A DNA stretch of 64,000 bases from Candidatus Bathyarchaeum tardum. Lineage in GTDB: Archaea; Thermoproteota; Bathyarchaeia; Bathyarchaeales; Bathyarchaeaceae. The notes below the pieces were generated by a model. The model made no database searches, was not told where the DNA came from, and was given only the letters and a program-made list of their open reading frames with translations. This document shows positions 39,741 through 50,098 of the stretch, piece after piece (the stretch's first letter is position 1; every line of letters begins with the position of its first letter). Location: positions 1,984,001 to 2,048,000 of the forward strand of contig CP122380.1 in the NCBI GenBank assembly GCA_024650005.2, given 5' to 3'. The position numbers were made by a program, and so were the translations under genes.

Positions 39741-40340
39741 TTATTGAGTTTTTTCAGTAACCGAGGAAGAGGCAGGCAGGGTTACTATTTTTTTGTGATA
39801 AAACTTTGCAACTATACACAAAGCTGCTGCAATTAATGCTATCCAAAAAGGCCAAATGAATTCGGCAGTCATTAAGATGCTTACTGTTGCTCCTTGTGTC
39901 ATATCGGAAGGCATTACAGAGGTTATTGAACCGATTAATGGAACTTCGAAGCTGAAAAGAGATTTTACCAGATAAGTTGTTGCAAATAAGCCAACTAAGA
40001 AAAACACTACAGAATATAATGGTTTTTTATAAGCAAAATCCAGTAAACGTTTAGAATATGTTTCTTCGGGTTTAATAGAATAAACTAGCATGGTTATTCC
40101 GCCTGCTGCCAAAGATATTATGCTTGCAATGTTTAGTGCCCATATCAAAGGTATAGTAAAGGAATCTCCGACAAAATTGAAGTATGTGTTTACTGGTGAA
40201 ACTTTTGCTTCTACTAAGTTGTCGCCAACAATTAAGTGCCACCACGGGACAACAAATGATGCTACCAGAACAACAATTATTGTTGCACCTGCAATTATAC
40301 CAACCCAGTTCATTTTGTTAAATTGTAACACAATTTTCAC
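39741..40340 (-). CDS. Multi-pass membrane protein
   Basis: Four hydrophobic helices, PWW motif. Confidence 0.7.
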   Translation of the reverse strand: MKIVLQFNKMNWVGIIAGATIIVVLVASFVVPWWHLIVGDNLVEAKVSPVNTYFNFVGDSFTIPLIWALNIASIISLAAGGITMLVYSIKPEETYSKRLLDFAYKKPLYSVVFFLVGLFATTYLVKSLFSFEVPLIGSITSVMPSDMTQGATVSILMTAEFIWPFWIALIAAALCIVAKFYHKKIVTLPASSSVTEKTQ

Positions 40341-40343
40341 CAG

Positions 40344-40874
40344 TTATGCAACAGTTGGAATGCTCAATACAATTTGTTCGGGAGTTTCAATGGTAATTCC
40401 ACTAACATCTAAAACTAGATTAGATAAAGTGACATCAACACTTAATTCATCAGAATGCTCAGTTGCGAAATGGTTTTCAGCTTCTTCGGTCCACGTGAAA
40501 ATTACTGTAATAATTTTTGTTTCTGTCGGTATCAGGTGCACTTTTTCGCTAAGAGCAGCAGAACCCAAAGGAACACCATGCTCGGTGCATTTGATATATG
40601 CCGAAACTTGATTTAGTGTTAAGTTAAAAGCGAATGTATTTGTAAAACTAAAAGTAATGTCAGAAGTGTACGAATCTTCATCCCATACTGCTCCAAGAAA
40701 CTGGGGCATTTCAAATGATGAAGCTGCATTGACTGTTTCATCAACAATGTTTTCAATTTCAGGGGGCATAACTACTTCTATAATATTTTCGTAATGAATA
40801 ATTGCTACTCCCGCAACAGGAGCAACTATACTACCAAAGTTCAGAATTAGAAGAAATAACCCTAATAGCTGCAA
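40344..40874 (-). CDS. Membrane-anchored protein with LEA/Ig-like extracellular domain
   Basis: N-terminal TM, beta-rich region FSFTNTF...C.EH.VPLG. Confidence 0.65.
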   Translation of the reverse strand: MQLLGLFLLILNFGSIVAPVAGVAIIHYENIIEVVMPPEIENIVDETVNAASSFEMPQFLGAVWDEDSYTSDITFSFTNTFAFNLTLNQVSAYIKCTEHGVPLGSAALSEKVHLIPTETKIITVIFTWTEEAENHFATEHSDELSVDVTLSNLVLDVSGITIETPEQIVLSIPTVA

Positions 40875-41128
40875 TACAACACCCCTATAAAATCAATGCT
40901 GATGATTTTGTTTTTAAGATTTTCCTCAAAATAGTTCGAACAAAATGATTTATTGGACTAGTTTTTTATTTGGGTCACTTTTCCAAGCATCGAGGTTTAT
41001 GCGTAACCTAAAACTATTGTTGCTCCGATGATTTGCCCACCCCACAAGAGGCAACAAATGGATCTTCTGAAGAGTATAGAATATATTAAAAAAAATGGAT
41101 GGACTAATGAAACTTTCAAATTGACAAA

Positions 41129-41932
41129 TCATGACAATTTGCGGTTGTTTATTTCGATTTTTAATGTCTGAATTTTTTCAACACCATGAAGGGATGAAAA
41201 CATTCCTAGCAGAGAATTTTGGATTATTGTCTCAGGGAAATTTTTTAAAGGCAGTTTAACACCGTTCACCTCAACAACTACATTATCTTTCAAATCTAAC
41301 GGACAACCAATGGTCTCAGATTTTCCTGAGACAATTGCCTTTGCATATTCATAACATGTAAGATAACCACATTCACCAACAGAATGGCATGTTGCACAAC
41401 CAGCAAGATTTGGCAATATCGGAAAAGTTTTTTGTTCAATGACATCAGCGATTTTATCAATGTCTTCAAGGGCATTAAAAACAGGAATTTTCAAACCCTC
41501 TTGAACAATTTCTGAGCAAGATTCTGCAATTTTGCCACTAACTGCTATAGCAAGCCCATCGGAAAAGGATTCAAAGTCCTCTTTGGTGTTGGCAGCAATT
41601 ATTTTTGCAAAAACCTGTTCATGCTCAAAGCCTTCTAAAAGTACATAGTCCATATTCTTCAAAAAAGGAACAATCTCAGTTAGGGAAAGTCTTCTCTTGA
41701 GAAATAGTCCTGTTTCGTTTTGGGGCAGAACAACAACTGTTTCTGCACCTGTTTCATCTTTTTTCCAAACACCTGTGGTTGGTTCAGCAGGTCCATCATT
41801 TGTTTGGGTGCAAGACAATTCTTTGATTGTAGCTACATGGTAGCCTCGATTATTGAGAATTGAAACAACATTTTTGATAATAGTTGTTTTTTCTGATTGT
41901 TTTGTCCCAACTACAGCAACAAATCGCGTCAT
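41129..41932 (-). CDS. mobB: MobB-like protein with C-terminal Fe-S domain
   Basis: VAVVG...KTT degenerate P-loop, VATIK, VLLEGF, CATC...CGYLTC...CP, VNG..LPLKNF. Confidence 0.75.
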   Translation of the reverse strand: MTRFVAVVGTKQSEKTTIIKNVVSILNNRGYHVATIKELSCTQTNDGPAEPTTGVWKKDETGAETVVVLPQNETGLFLKRRLSLTEIVPFLKNMDYVLLEGFEHEQVFAKIIAANTKEDFESFSDGLAIAVSGKIAESCSEIVQEGLKIPVFNALEDIDKIADVIEQKTFPILPNLAGCATCHSVGECGYLTCYEYAKAIVSGKSETIGCPLDLKDNVVVEVNGVKLPLKNFPETIIQNSLLGMFSSLHGVEKIQTLKIEINNRKLS

Positions 41933-42064
41933 ACAGATTCCTACAGACCCGATAACGATAGAGATTTAAATAATTTGCAATTTTTCAGCACGACATTTAG
42001 TTTTGAGATCAGGCAAAAGTTTACGCCTAAACAAAAAATGGAAAATTGTAAAGTTTGTTTTGGG

Positions 42065-42514
42065 TTATTCTGTGGTTTTTTTGTGTTTTGTTGTTAGGAT
42101 TCCTTCGGTTAGGAATATAGTCATAGAAACTGCGGTTATGAGTATGGAGTACCAGATTCCAAGGCTGATTGTCTGATGGTTAACGAACAGTTGCATTGCT
42201 ACTAGGATGATTTCTGCCAGCAATATTCCCATAAAAAAGAAGGAATAAAACACCATACGGGGAACCAAAGTTTTGCCAATCCATACATGACCAGCAACTC
42301 CAGTTTTTTCCCGTACGATGTATTCTCCTAGCTCGTTTTTTTCAATTAACCCAAGGTTTTCCAATTTTTGCAGTTGTCGATAAGCTACACTGGGACTGCT
42401 CAGACCCGCACCCCGCATAACCTCCCGGGGACCTACGGGTCGAGACTCTTTGATGACAAAAGAGTAAACCTGCAAGGTGTTTCCTTCTAGCTCATCAGAC
42501 AACGGCTTGGTCAT
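42065..42514 (-). CDS. Membrane-bound HTH regulator (HTH plus two TM)
   Basis: VGPREVMRGAGLSSPSVAYRQLQKLENLGLIEK followed by two hydrophobic helices. Confidence 0.8.
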   Translation of the reverse strand: MTKPLSDELEGNTLQVYSFVIKESRPVGPREVMRGAGLSSPSVAYRQLQKLENLGLIEKNELGEYIVREKTGVAGHVWIGKTLVPRMVFYSFFFMGILLAEIILVAMQLFVNHQTISLGIWYSILITAVSMTIFLTEGILTTKHKKTTE

Positions 42515-42515
42515 T

Positions 42516-43595
42516 TTACTCACCTTGGGCAAGAAATACCTCAGCGTTCCACTGGTCAACAGTAAAGGAGTATTCTTCCAGCAAATCCATGTTATACAGG
42601 TAGGAGTTATTGACTTTTGTGAGCTCCACAGATTTTAGTTCAGCAGAATCGGACCAGTTATCTTGAACAGTGTTGTTTCCCAGCCAGAATTCAATGTCTG
42701 CACTGTTAGCGGTTGATGTCTTGAAATATATAGTACCAGAATCGAGCAAATCAACTGGACTAAACTTTGTCCATGAACCGAAACGTTGAGTGCCTTCAAC
42801 CAAAATTATTCGAGATTCTCCGGGCTCCCAGTAGTTATCAAAGTATCCATCACCACAAAGAATTTCCATATCAGTCAATAGAAAGTCAGGTATGTTATTA
42901 TCTTCGTCTTCAGTATCAGTGAACCCGGGCATGTAGGTTTGGAATATTCTAAACTGATTGGCGATACTGTTCTTGACCATAAAGCCGTTTCCAGGTTCGG
43001 GATCTTCGATTTCGATTCTGCCAGTAACGTCGGTCCAAGTTCCGTTCATGTTCAGATAAGTTGCAACAACGGTTCCACCAACATGTCTTTGGCAGAGTTG
43101 AACCCCTTCCATCCAGTAACCAGTCTGCCAAGGAATCTCGAAAAGAGACGGCTCCATGTTACCATCCCGGTCAAAATGGGGATAGGTCCCATTCACCCAT
43201 GTGAGGTTGTACCATTTGCCGTCAACTAATGCACCTTCAGCTTTCCAACCCCATCCGCCAGAACTGTTAGTGCCCATCAAAGGATATCCGGAGAAAGCGG
43301 TTATTTCTTCTGCTGCCGCAAAATCCAAATGTCGCAAAGTTGCACCCAACTCAGAGGGATTAGTTATGTTAATCCAAACTTGGTAATTAATTGACATGTC
43401 AGTTACTTCGGACTCTGGATTAACTACAGTAAAGTTGGCGAATATTGCCGCGATTTCAAAATCTACAGTTTCACCTTGTACATGATGCGTCCATGGTCTA
43501 ACATCGAGTTCAGACAGTACCAGAGGACCAGCGAAAGCAATTCCTGCAATCAGCCCCGTTAGAGCGATTGCCAATAGAGTTATTCTGATTTTCAT
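42516..43595 (-). CDS. Secreted or anchored hypothetical protein
   Basis: Signal/TM N-terminus, many N-x-S/T sequons, aromatic beta-rich body. Confidence 0.75.
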   Translation of the reverse strand: MKIRITLLAIALTGLIAGIAFAGPLVLSELDVRPWTHHVQGETVDFEIAAIFANFTVVNPESEVTDMSINYQVWINITNPSELGATLRHLDFAAAEEITAFSGYPLMGTNSSGGWGWKAEGALVDGKWYNLTWVNGTYPHFDRDGNMEPSLFEIPWQTGYWMEGVQLCQRHVGGTVVATYLNMNGTWTDVTGRIEIEDPEPGNGFMVKNSIANQFRIFQTYMPGFTDTEDEDNNIPDFLLTDMEILCGDGYFDNYWEPGESRIILVEGTQRFGSWTKFSPVDLLDSGTIYFKTSTANSADIEFWLGNNTVQDNWSDSAELKSVELTKVNNSYLYNMDLLEEYSFTVDQWNAEVFLAQGE

Positions 43596-43717
43596 ATTTT
43601 TCACCAACAAACCTACTACCCAGAATTGATTATTAGCTCTGGCGGAGGAACACTTTCGTTCCTTGGCGGAACACCCAAAAACTGATAACAAAAACACAAA
43701 AAGTATTCAATGTTGAT

Positions 43718-44020
43718 TTATTCAAAACTATTCCCCCCTAGGGTTTTTGTTTTTCTTTGTAATATCCCAGAATCATTAACAGTGTGCCTTGGGCTATGAA
43801 AAATAGTGCAAGGTACTAGGTGAATTTGGTCTTGGATTATTCCAAACCGTAAAGAACCCCCTCCCATGATGAAAGCGCCCCCGACCAAATAGGCTGCGTG
43901 ATGAAAAGTTAAGGGTAGTTTGCGCCAGCGTAGTAGACCGTACACCATCAAGAGTAATGCCCCCGTAACAACGTACCCAAAAGAGGAAATTAATACAACA
44001 CCAACAATCTCTTCAGAAAA
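43718..44020 (-). pseudogene. Degraded small membrane-protein gene
   Basis: EEIVGVVLISSFGYVVT joins GALLLMVYGLLRW across a 1-nt shift in a G-run near 43961-43964. Confidence 0.3.
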
Positions 44021-44265
44021 TATTTAGGTGTTGCCCCCTTCAATCAAAGAATTAAGTGAATTACACACTCTTTGTTGAGTAAAAAAAACTATTCTATCTT
44101 CGTTGCTGAACACAACAAATAGAAGATTAGAACAATAATAGAAATACAATATGTATGTTGAAAACAACATTTTTTTGAAAACAGCAGCCCATACATTTTG
44201 AGCCGTACTGAATTAAAATGATTGACCCTCATCAAACAGGAAAACACAAACCGGATTGGTTCATT

Positions 44266-45756
44266 TTAAAGAGTTGTTTTGAATTTTTTGTTGTCGTTTT
44301 TGCAGAGTTGTTTTATTAGGTTTCGTCCTGAATGTGCGGCGGTGCCTAGGCCGTTCATGCCGACGGCCCATTGTCCTACCATATAGAAGTTTTCTAGTCC
44401 CGGGAGGGTTTTGCTTACCCCGTTTTTTGATACTTCCCCAGAAATTTGTTCAGGAGCAGGCCAAGGCAGACAAAAACCTCGATAACCTCCAGTCCAATGC
44501 ACCACAGAAACGGGAGTTACCACGTCCACGGCTTCGATGCTGTTTTTGAACCCGGCAAACCGTTTGTTTAACCTTTCTGCCACTTGGTCTGCCAGCCGCT
44601 TTTTCTGGTTATTGTATGCATCTTTGTCAGCTGACAGGTTTTGCCAGTAATCATAAGCTGAGTCTACCACCACTTTAACCACGGTTTTGCCTGAACCAGC
44701 AAAGGACGAATCAAAATTGAAAACTTCAACGTCTAACCGGTCGTATTCTCTGTCCTCAATGGTGATTGGCTCATCTTGGAAAAGCACCAAAGCATGGGGC
44801 TCACCATCGAACTGTTGGTTTAGTCCGTAATAGATTTCCAACCCAAAAGGCATAGTCTTGGGATAGGAATCATAATATGTACGAATAGAATCGTTGACGT
44901 AATTTCCCTGCAACATATCAAAAATGGTGGCGTAACCGTCGGCTGCAGAAACAATAAGATCAGCAAAATGTTTTGACCCATCCTCCAGTTGAACCCCAAC
45001 GGCTTTGTTGTTTTCAACCAAAATTTTATCCACGCGGGAACGAAAAGAGATATGGCCTCCCAAATTTAGGTAACTTTTTTCGATGTTAGAAGCAAGGGCA
45101 GACGATCCCCCAACAGGCCAGCCCGCGTCTCCTTTGCTCATAGCAGCCATAAAAATCATGGGAATCAACACGGGCACGCCAGAAAGGTCGTACTGTATTG
45201 TTGCAAAGGCTTTTTGCAAAAAGGGGTCACTGAAGTTTTTGGCAAAATCTTCGGTGGTTATTTTGCTGTACTTCATCACTGAACGCAAAACAGGCAACAA
45301 CCGAAGCTTAGCCCCCATTCCCCCCGTCATGCCAGCAAACAGGTCGTAACCCCTGAAACGACGACAGGCTTTGACAAACTCGTTAATTTTGTGTTTGTCT
45401 GAGGGGGAGAGCTGGTTCATATGGTTTTGTAGCTTGTCCAAGTCCGTGTAAACAATAAACTTTTTTCCCTCTGGAGTTTCGACTTGAACAAATTCTTTGA
45501 AACTATAAGTTTGAAGACCATCAAGGGCACCGAGTTCCTTCCAAATGTGGTAATCTGAAGTTCCAGGAACAATACCAAACAGATTGTGAACAGCATAATC
45601 AAACACGTAGCCTTTACGTTTCCAAGAAACACAAACCCCACCGCTGTTAGGTTGCCGTTCAAAAATTTTGGTTGCATAACCGTTCATTTGCCCATAACAG
45701 CCCGCAGATAAACCCCCAAGGCCAGCTCCAATAATTATCATGAATTTGTCAGCCAT
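44266..45756 (-). CDS. Phytoene-desaturase-family FAD-dependent oxidoreductase
   Basis: IIGAGLGGLSAG, SGGVCVSWKRKGYVFD, VGGS, DVVTP, FYMVGQW. Confidence 0.88.
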   Translation of the reverse strand: MADKFMIIIGAGLGGLSAGCYGQMNGYATKIFERQPNSGGVCVSWKRKGYVFDYAVHNLFGIVPGTSDYHIWKELGALDGLQTYSFKEFVQVETPEGKKFIVYTDLDKLQNHMNQLSPSDKHKINEFVKACRRFRGYDLFAGMTGGMGAKLRLLPVLRSVMKYSKITTEDFAKNFSDPFLQKAFATIQYDLSGVPVLIPMIFMAAMSKGDAGWPVGGSSALASNIEKSYLNLGGHISFRSRVDKILVENNKAVGVQLEDGSKHFADLIVSAADGYATIFDMLQGNYVNDSIRTYYDSYPKTMPFGLEIYYGLNQQFDGEPHALVLFQDEPITIEDREYDRLDVEVFNFDSSFAGSGKTVVKVVVDSAYDYWQNLSADKDAYNNQKKRLADQVAERLNKRFAGFKNSIEAVDVVTPVSVVHWTGGYRGFCLPWPAPEQISGEVSKNGVSKTLPGLENFYMVGQWAVGMNGLGTAAHSGRNLIKQLCKNDNKKFKTTL

Positions 45757-45888
45757 TTTATCACCCAAACGTTAGAAACCAAAGTAAATATTCACAAATG
45801 TTTTACTTCACGTTATAACATGAAACGCGGTATAAGCTTTTGTCCCACTGAAATCAAACAAATGAACAAAAAACAACCCAACATTAAA

Positions 45889-46254
45889 TCAAGATTTGAC
45901 AGTTTTCTGCCATTCTTCCCGCAATTTTTGTCCGAGTTTACCGTCTTCAAGAATGAGGGCGCCTTTGTATCCGCAGTTTTTGCATTCCCAAAGTGACCAC
46001 AATTGAGGAAGCCCCGAACCCCAAAAAACCTTGGTTGAACCACACCTCGGGCAATACTTTATACGATTAGGGACTTGTTTTATTTGTTTAGCTGTTTGTG
46101 TTTGTTTTTTTGCGGCAAGTTTTTGTTTTATTAAATCTCCTGCCTCACTGAAGTTGAATTCGTCTGCAGATTCTCCACATGAAGGACAGTTTTGGTTTGG
46201 TTGTAGTTCTTTGTCGAATTGGCAGTTTGGATTTGGGCAAGTCCAGATAGGCAA
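45889..46254 (-). CDS. Double zinc-ribbon protein
   Basis: CPNPNC..CPSCG and CPRCGS...WECKNCGY. Confidence 0.75.
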   Translation of the reverse strand: MPIWTCPNPNCQFDKELQPNQNCPSCGESADEFNFSEAGDLIKQKLAAKKQTQTAKQIKQVPNRIKYCPRCGSTKVFWGSGLPQLWSLWECKNCGYKGALILEDGKLGQKLREEWQKTVKS

Positions 46255-46333
46255 AACATTATCCCTTGTTATTACTATAAAGAGTCAGGCTTAATTGCCT
46301 TTTTGAAAAAAGAAAAAGAAAAGATTAGAGAGT

Positions 46334-46753
46334 TTATGCTGTGCCAGTGTATGAGGCGCGTAGGGTTCCTTTGGTGTCGTACATTTCTACAGTGTATGGA
46401 GTTCCAGCAGATACAACCTGATTAATGGTGAAAGTTTCAGAGGCTCCAGCAGGAATTGTGCTTGAAGTTCCCGCTGTCCAAGAATTTGAATCTTGACCAT
46501 TGACTTTAATCATTACTATTGTAGCATCGGAAGCAGCCGGATTATTCACATTCATAACTATCCGCCCAGAAGAATAATCACCAGTAGTAAAAACAACATT
46601 AGAAACAGCAAGTTCTTTGTTCAAGATTTGATTGCTGGCTATTGAGCCCATCAACACTGCGACTAGAATAGCGATTGCGACCATTCCAGTAATGACAGCG
46701 ATTGCTGCTGTAACTGGACTTATTGCTTCTTTAGTTTTAAGGAAGTTTTTCAT
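46334..46753 (-). CDS. Archaeal type IV pilin-like protein
   Basis: Class III signal-like KTKEA/ISPV plus hydrophobic helix, small beta domain. Confidence 0.8.
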   Translation of the reverse strand: MKNFLKTKEAISPVTAAIAVITGMVAIAILVAVLMGSIASNQILNKELAVSNVVFTTGDYSSGRIVMNVNNPAASDATIVMIKVNGQDSNSWTAGTSSTIPAGASETFTINQVVSAGTPYTVEMYDTKGTLRASYTGTA

Positions 46754-46904
46754 TTTTGGTATTTCCCTCCTTCCCGGTGTCTAAGAGAAGTACACCAAAA
46801 CACAATTTAAATCTTATGACTCAATACATCATATATTATGTTATAGATTCACTAAAAACATAAAAACCCAAAAAAACTAACAACAAAAAGCGTACAAAAA
46901 GCAG

Positions 46905-47230
46905 TTAAGATAATTTCACAGCAGATCCATAGCCGTTACCAAAAATAAGCCCTTAAGAACTTCAGAAGTTTCAAAATCCATAGACAAAAACCCATTAGCG
47001 CCCAGTTTTCTGGCTTTTGTTTTTTAATCGTCTAAAGCTTCCTTGCGGACTTTTTCAATTTCTTCAGCATAAGCTGTGGCTTTTCCCCCCCCCCAGTAAG
47101 AGCTTGAAAACTAGAGATTATTCTTCCTCCCGCACCACAGGTTCGGGTGCTGGAACCATAAATTATCCCAGGACTTCTTCAACAGCATATTGAGGAATCG
47201 CTGGCATCGTTGCCAAAATCAAATCATCAA
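46905..47230 (-). pseudogene. YbjQ/UPF0145-family pseudogene
   Basis: Reconstructs to ILATMPAIPQY.VEEVLG-IYGSSTR...LTGG-AYAEEIEKVRKEAL...ARKLGANG...DFE...TAYGSAVKL with at least three indels or stops; C10 tract at 47085-47094. Confidence 0.75.
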
Positions 47231-47251
47231 CTAACTAAAAGACAACCAAGC

Positions 47252-47647
47252 TCATTTTTTTGCTCGCTTTTTTTCGGCACATCGTTTCAAAACATCTAAC
47301 AAGATTTCCAAATCCTGAACATTCACATTAAGAAGGTTGCCATCTATGCAAATTTGCATTTTTGGTTTGCCCATATGCTCATTTTCTCGATCTCGAAGCC
47401 AGCGAATGGCGGCTTTGATCCAATCTTCAGTCACGTCAACAAATATTCCAGAAATAACTGCATCCCCAAAATCAATAGGGTTAGGAATCGGTGGAGGAGA
47501 AATGTTTACATAATAATCCTCGTCCAAATTCAAAGGTATATTTTCTTTAAGCAACGCCATGATTAGGCTGTCAATCGCATATGAAACCCCAAAAACTAGA
47601 GATTTCTCGTCCAATCTAATCTCCAACCCTTTATGTTTAATTTGCAC
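47252..47647 (-). CDS. Hypothetical protein
   Basis: 131-aa ORF; amphipathic helix AAIRWLR then ICIDG beta hairpin. Confidence 0.5.
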   Translation of the reverse strand: MQIKHKGLEIRLDEKSLVFGVSYAIDSLIMALLKENIPLNLDEDYYVNISPPPIPNPIDFGDAVISGIFVDVTEDWIKAAIRWLRDRENEHMGKPKMQICIDGNLLNVNVQDLEILLDVLKRCAEKKRAKK

Positions 47648-47767
47648 TATAAAAAATAAACCCAGTTACCCAAACCCCAAAGAAGCCAGAAAAAGGGACT
47701 AAAAGGGTGGGGTGACAAAAAGATTTTTGTTACTCCGTATCTGTGAGAGTTATACGAGGAATATTTC

Positions 47768-48814
47768 ATGGTTGAATTGGACTTTGGCGGTGTGAAAGAA
47801 ACCGTCGTAACAAGAAAAGAATTCACGGTAGAAAAAGCAAAAGAAATTCTGAAAAATGAAACAGTTGCAGTCCTAGGATACGGAATTCAGGGACGAGCAC
47901 AATCATTGAACATGCGAGATAACGGACTCAAGGTCATTGTTGGTCAAAGCAAAGAATTCAAAATAAACTACGACCAAGCAATCGAAGACGGCTGGATTCC
48001 AGGAGAAAACCTGTTCTCCCTAGAAGAGGCAGCACAAAAAGGAACAATCAAAATGTACCTGTTAACAGATTCAGCACAGAAACTACTATGGCCAAAACTA
48101 AAAGACACCTTCAAAGAAGGAGACGCCCTGTACTTTTCCCACGGATTTTCAATAGTGTACCGTGAACAAACAGGCGTAATCCCACCAGCAAACATTGACG
48201 TTATCTTGGTTGCACCAAAGGGTTCTGGAACTTCAGTAAGAGACAATTTTGTAGCAGGAAGCGGAATCAACAGCAGTTTCGCAGTTCACCAAGACGCCAC
48301 CGGAAAAGCAGAACAAAGAGTAAAAGCAATCGGAATTGCCATCGGATCAGGTTATTTGTTCCCTACAACCTTTGAGAAAGAAACATACAGCGACCTAACT
48401 GGAGAACGAGGAGTCCTTATGGGTGCCCTTGCAGGAATGATGGAAGCCCAATACAATTGTCTACGAGAAAACGGTCACAGCCCCAGCGAAGCTTTCAATG
48501 AAACAGTCGAAGAACTAACCCAGAGCCTCATCAGGCTAGTAGACCAAAACGGAATGGATTGGATGTATAACAACTGCAGTGAAACCGCAAGAATTGGAGC
48601 CCTTCGATGGAGAGAACGCTTCCGGGACACTACAAAACCACTGTTTGATTGTTTGTATGAATTTGTAGCTTCTGGAGAAGAAGTCAAAATTGTTCTAGAC
48701 AAAAGCGCAGAATCTGACTACAAGAAAAAACTAGCTGAAGAACTACAAACAATGGGCAACTCAGAAATGTGGAAAGCAGGAAAAACAGTCAGGTCACTTC
48801 GACCCGACAAGTAA
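47768..48814 (+). CDS. ilvC: Ketol-acid reductoisomerase
   Basis: LGYGIQG, FSHGF, VAPKGSG, SDLTGERG, SEAFNETVEE. Confidence 0.95.
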   Translation: MVELDFGGVKETVVTRKEFTVEKAKEILKNETVAVLGYGIQGRAQSLNMRDNGLKVIVGQSKEFKINYDQAIEDGWIPGENLFSLEEAAQKGTIKMYLLTDSAQKLLWPKLKDTFKEGDALYFSHGFSIVYREQTGVIPPANIDVILVAPKGSGTSVRDNFVAGSGINSSFAVHQDATGKAEQRVKAIGIAIGSGYLFPTTFEKETYSDLTGERGVLMGALAGMMEAQYNCLRENGHSPSEAFNETVEELTQSLIRLVDQNGMDWMYNNCSETARIGALRWRERFRDTTKPLFDCLYEFVASGEEVKIVLDKSAESDYKKKLAEELQTMGNSEMWKAGKTVRSLRPDK

Positions 48815-48956
48815 TAACCACATCTTCTTCCATTTTTTTCTTTTTTATTGGCATAAACCACATTTTTGGCGTTAATGCCAACGAATTTCTTCTAACAAAA
48901 CCTAGAATTGATTCTAAAAATCGACAGATTCATTATTTGCTTTGAGTATTAATTAA

Positions 48957-49205
48957 ATGCTTGAAGCATACAGGGCAATGGGGGGTGAAATTTTGAGTAA
49001 TGAAAAAGAAGTTAAAACTGAAATTAAGGTTGAAAAAATCAAAGATGCTGTTGTAAAATTTAAAGAAGACATGAGTGTTCTAACCAAAGATTTGAGACTA
49101 GATGTGGATACCTGGAAATTCAGTGTTGAAAGCCAAAAAGAAGCTGTCAAAGTAGATGTTGCATTTACTGTGCTTATCAAGAAAAAAACTGATAAAGAAG
49201 AGTAA
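48957..49205 (+). CDS. Small hypothetical protein
   Basis: First of three closely spaced co-oriented ORFs; gggggtga RBS suggests an internal TTG start. Confidence 0.55.
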   Translation: MLEAYRAMGGEILSNEKEVKTEIKVEKIKDAVVKFKEDMSVLTKDLRLDVDTWKFSVESQKEAVKVDVAFTVLIKKKTDKEE

Positions 49206-49217
49206 ACAACTAATTGT

Positions 49218-49523
49218 ATGGAACAACAAACTAAATTGTTGATTCTCCACAATTTCTTTGTTATTTACGAGAAATTAACCCCCTTTTCAACTAAATTTCT
49301 TCTTATTTTTGAACCTTTAGTTCCTTTTTTTGTTTCATTATTCTTGAGAAGAAAACTGGAAGAATTAAAACAGAACAGAACTATTAACAACTTTTATTTA
49401 AAAATCAAACGTAGGTCCCAGTTTTCTTACCAAGTTGAATTTAAACTAATTGTTACATCAAAACAAGTTGGCAACATAGTTCAAAAGACAATAAATGATG
49501 TATTCAGCAGGTTAAAAAAATGA
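49218..49523 (+). CDS. Hypothetical protein
   Basis: Overlaps the next start (ATGA coupling at 49520-49523). Confidence 0.5.
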   Translation: MEQQTKLLILHNFFVIYEKLTPFSTKFLLIFEPLVPFFVSLFLRRKLEELKQNRTINNFYLKIKRRSQFSYQVEFKLIVTSKQVGNIVQKTINDVFSRLKK

Positions 49524-50020
49524 GCAACATTTGGGACGAAATCGAAGAAGAAGATAAAGACATCGAAGAAATTGCACAAAAAATAATGATGGAAATCGAA
49601 GAAGCACACTCAAATTCCAAAAGCTCGGCTTTTATCAAAAGTATTTCACAATTATCGGACATTGATTATGTTAAACGGCTTTTAAGAAACGTAGAATTAG
49701 CTCACACGAAACCTGTTTGCACCCTTGAAAAATTGGATATTATAAAAGGGTTAATAATTGTAACGTGGATGCAACGAATGTACTCAACGATACGATCGTT
49801 ACTTCTAGGAGTGATAGCTGCTCTTGTATTACTCCCTCTGCTGTTGTCTTTGGGATCTCTAAATTTTATCCAAAATGTCATTATTGCAGTTCCAATTTTT
49901 GTTGTTGGTTTGACAGTTACAAGATTATTAGATAAGCAAATAATTACTGCCACAAAAAAAGTTGTTAAATACCTTTCTAGCCACAAAAAGCTAAGAAAAT
50001 TCATAATGAACAACTTTTAA
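49520..50020 (+). CDS. Two-TM membrane protein
   Basis: Acidic N-terminus and two hydrophobic helices. Confidence 0.6.
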   Translation: MSNIWDEIEEEDKDIEEIAQKIMMEIEEAHSNSKSSAFIKSISQLSDIDYVKRLLRNVELAHTKPVCTLEKLDIIKGLIIVTWMQRMYSTIRSLLLGVIAALVLLPLLLSLGSLNFIQNVIIAVPIFVVGLTVTRLLDKQIITATKKVVKYLSSHKKLRKFIMNNF

Positions 50021-50098
50021 AGATAAATATAATAAAAACATAATAATCAGAATGAGATTAGAAGATAAAGTGTAAAATACGATTTTGGGGGAACTTGT

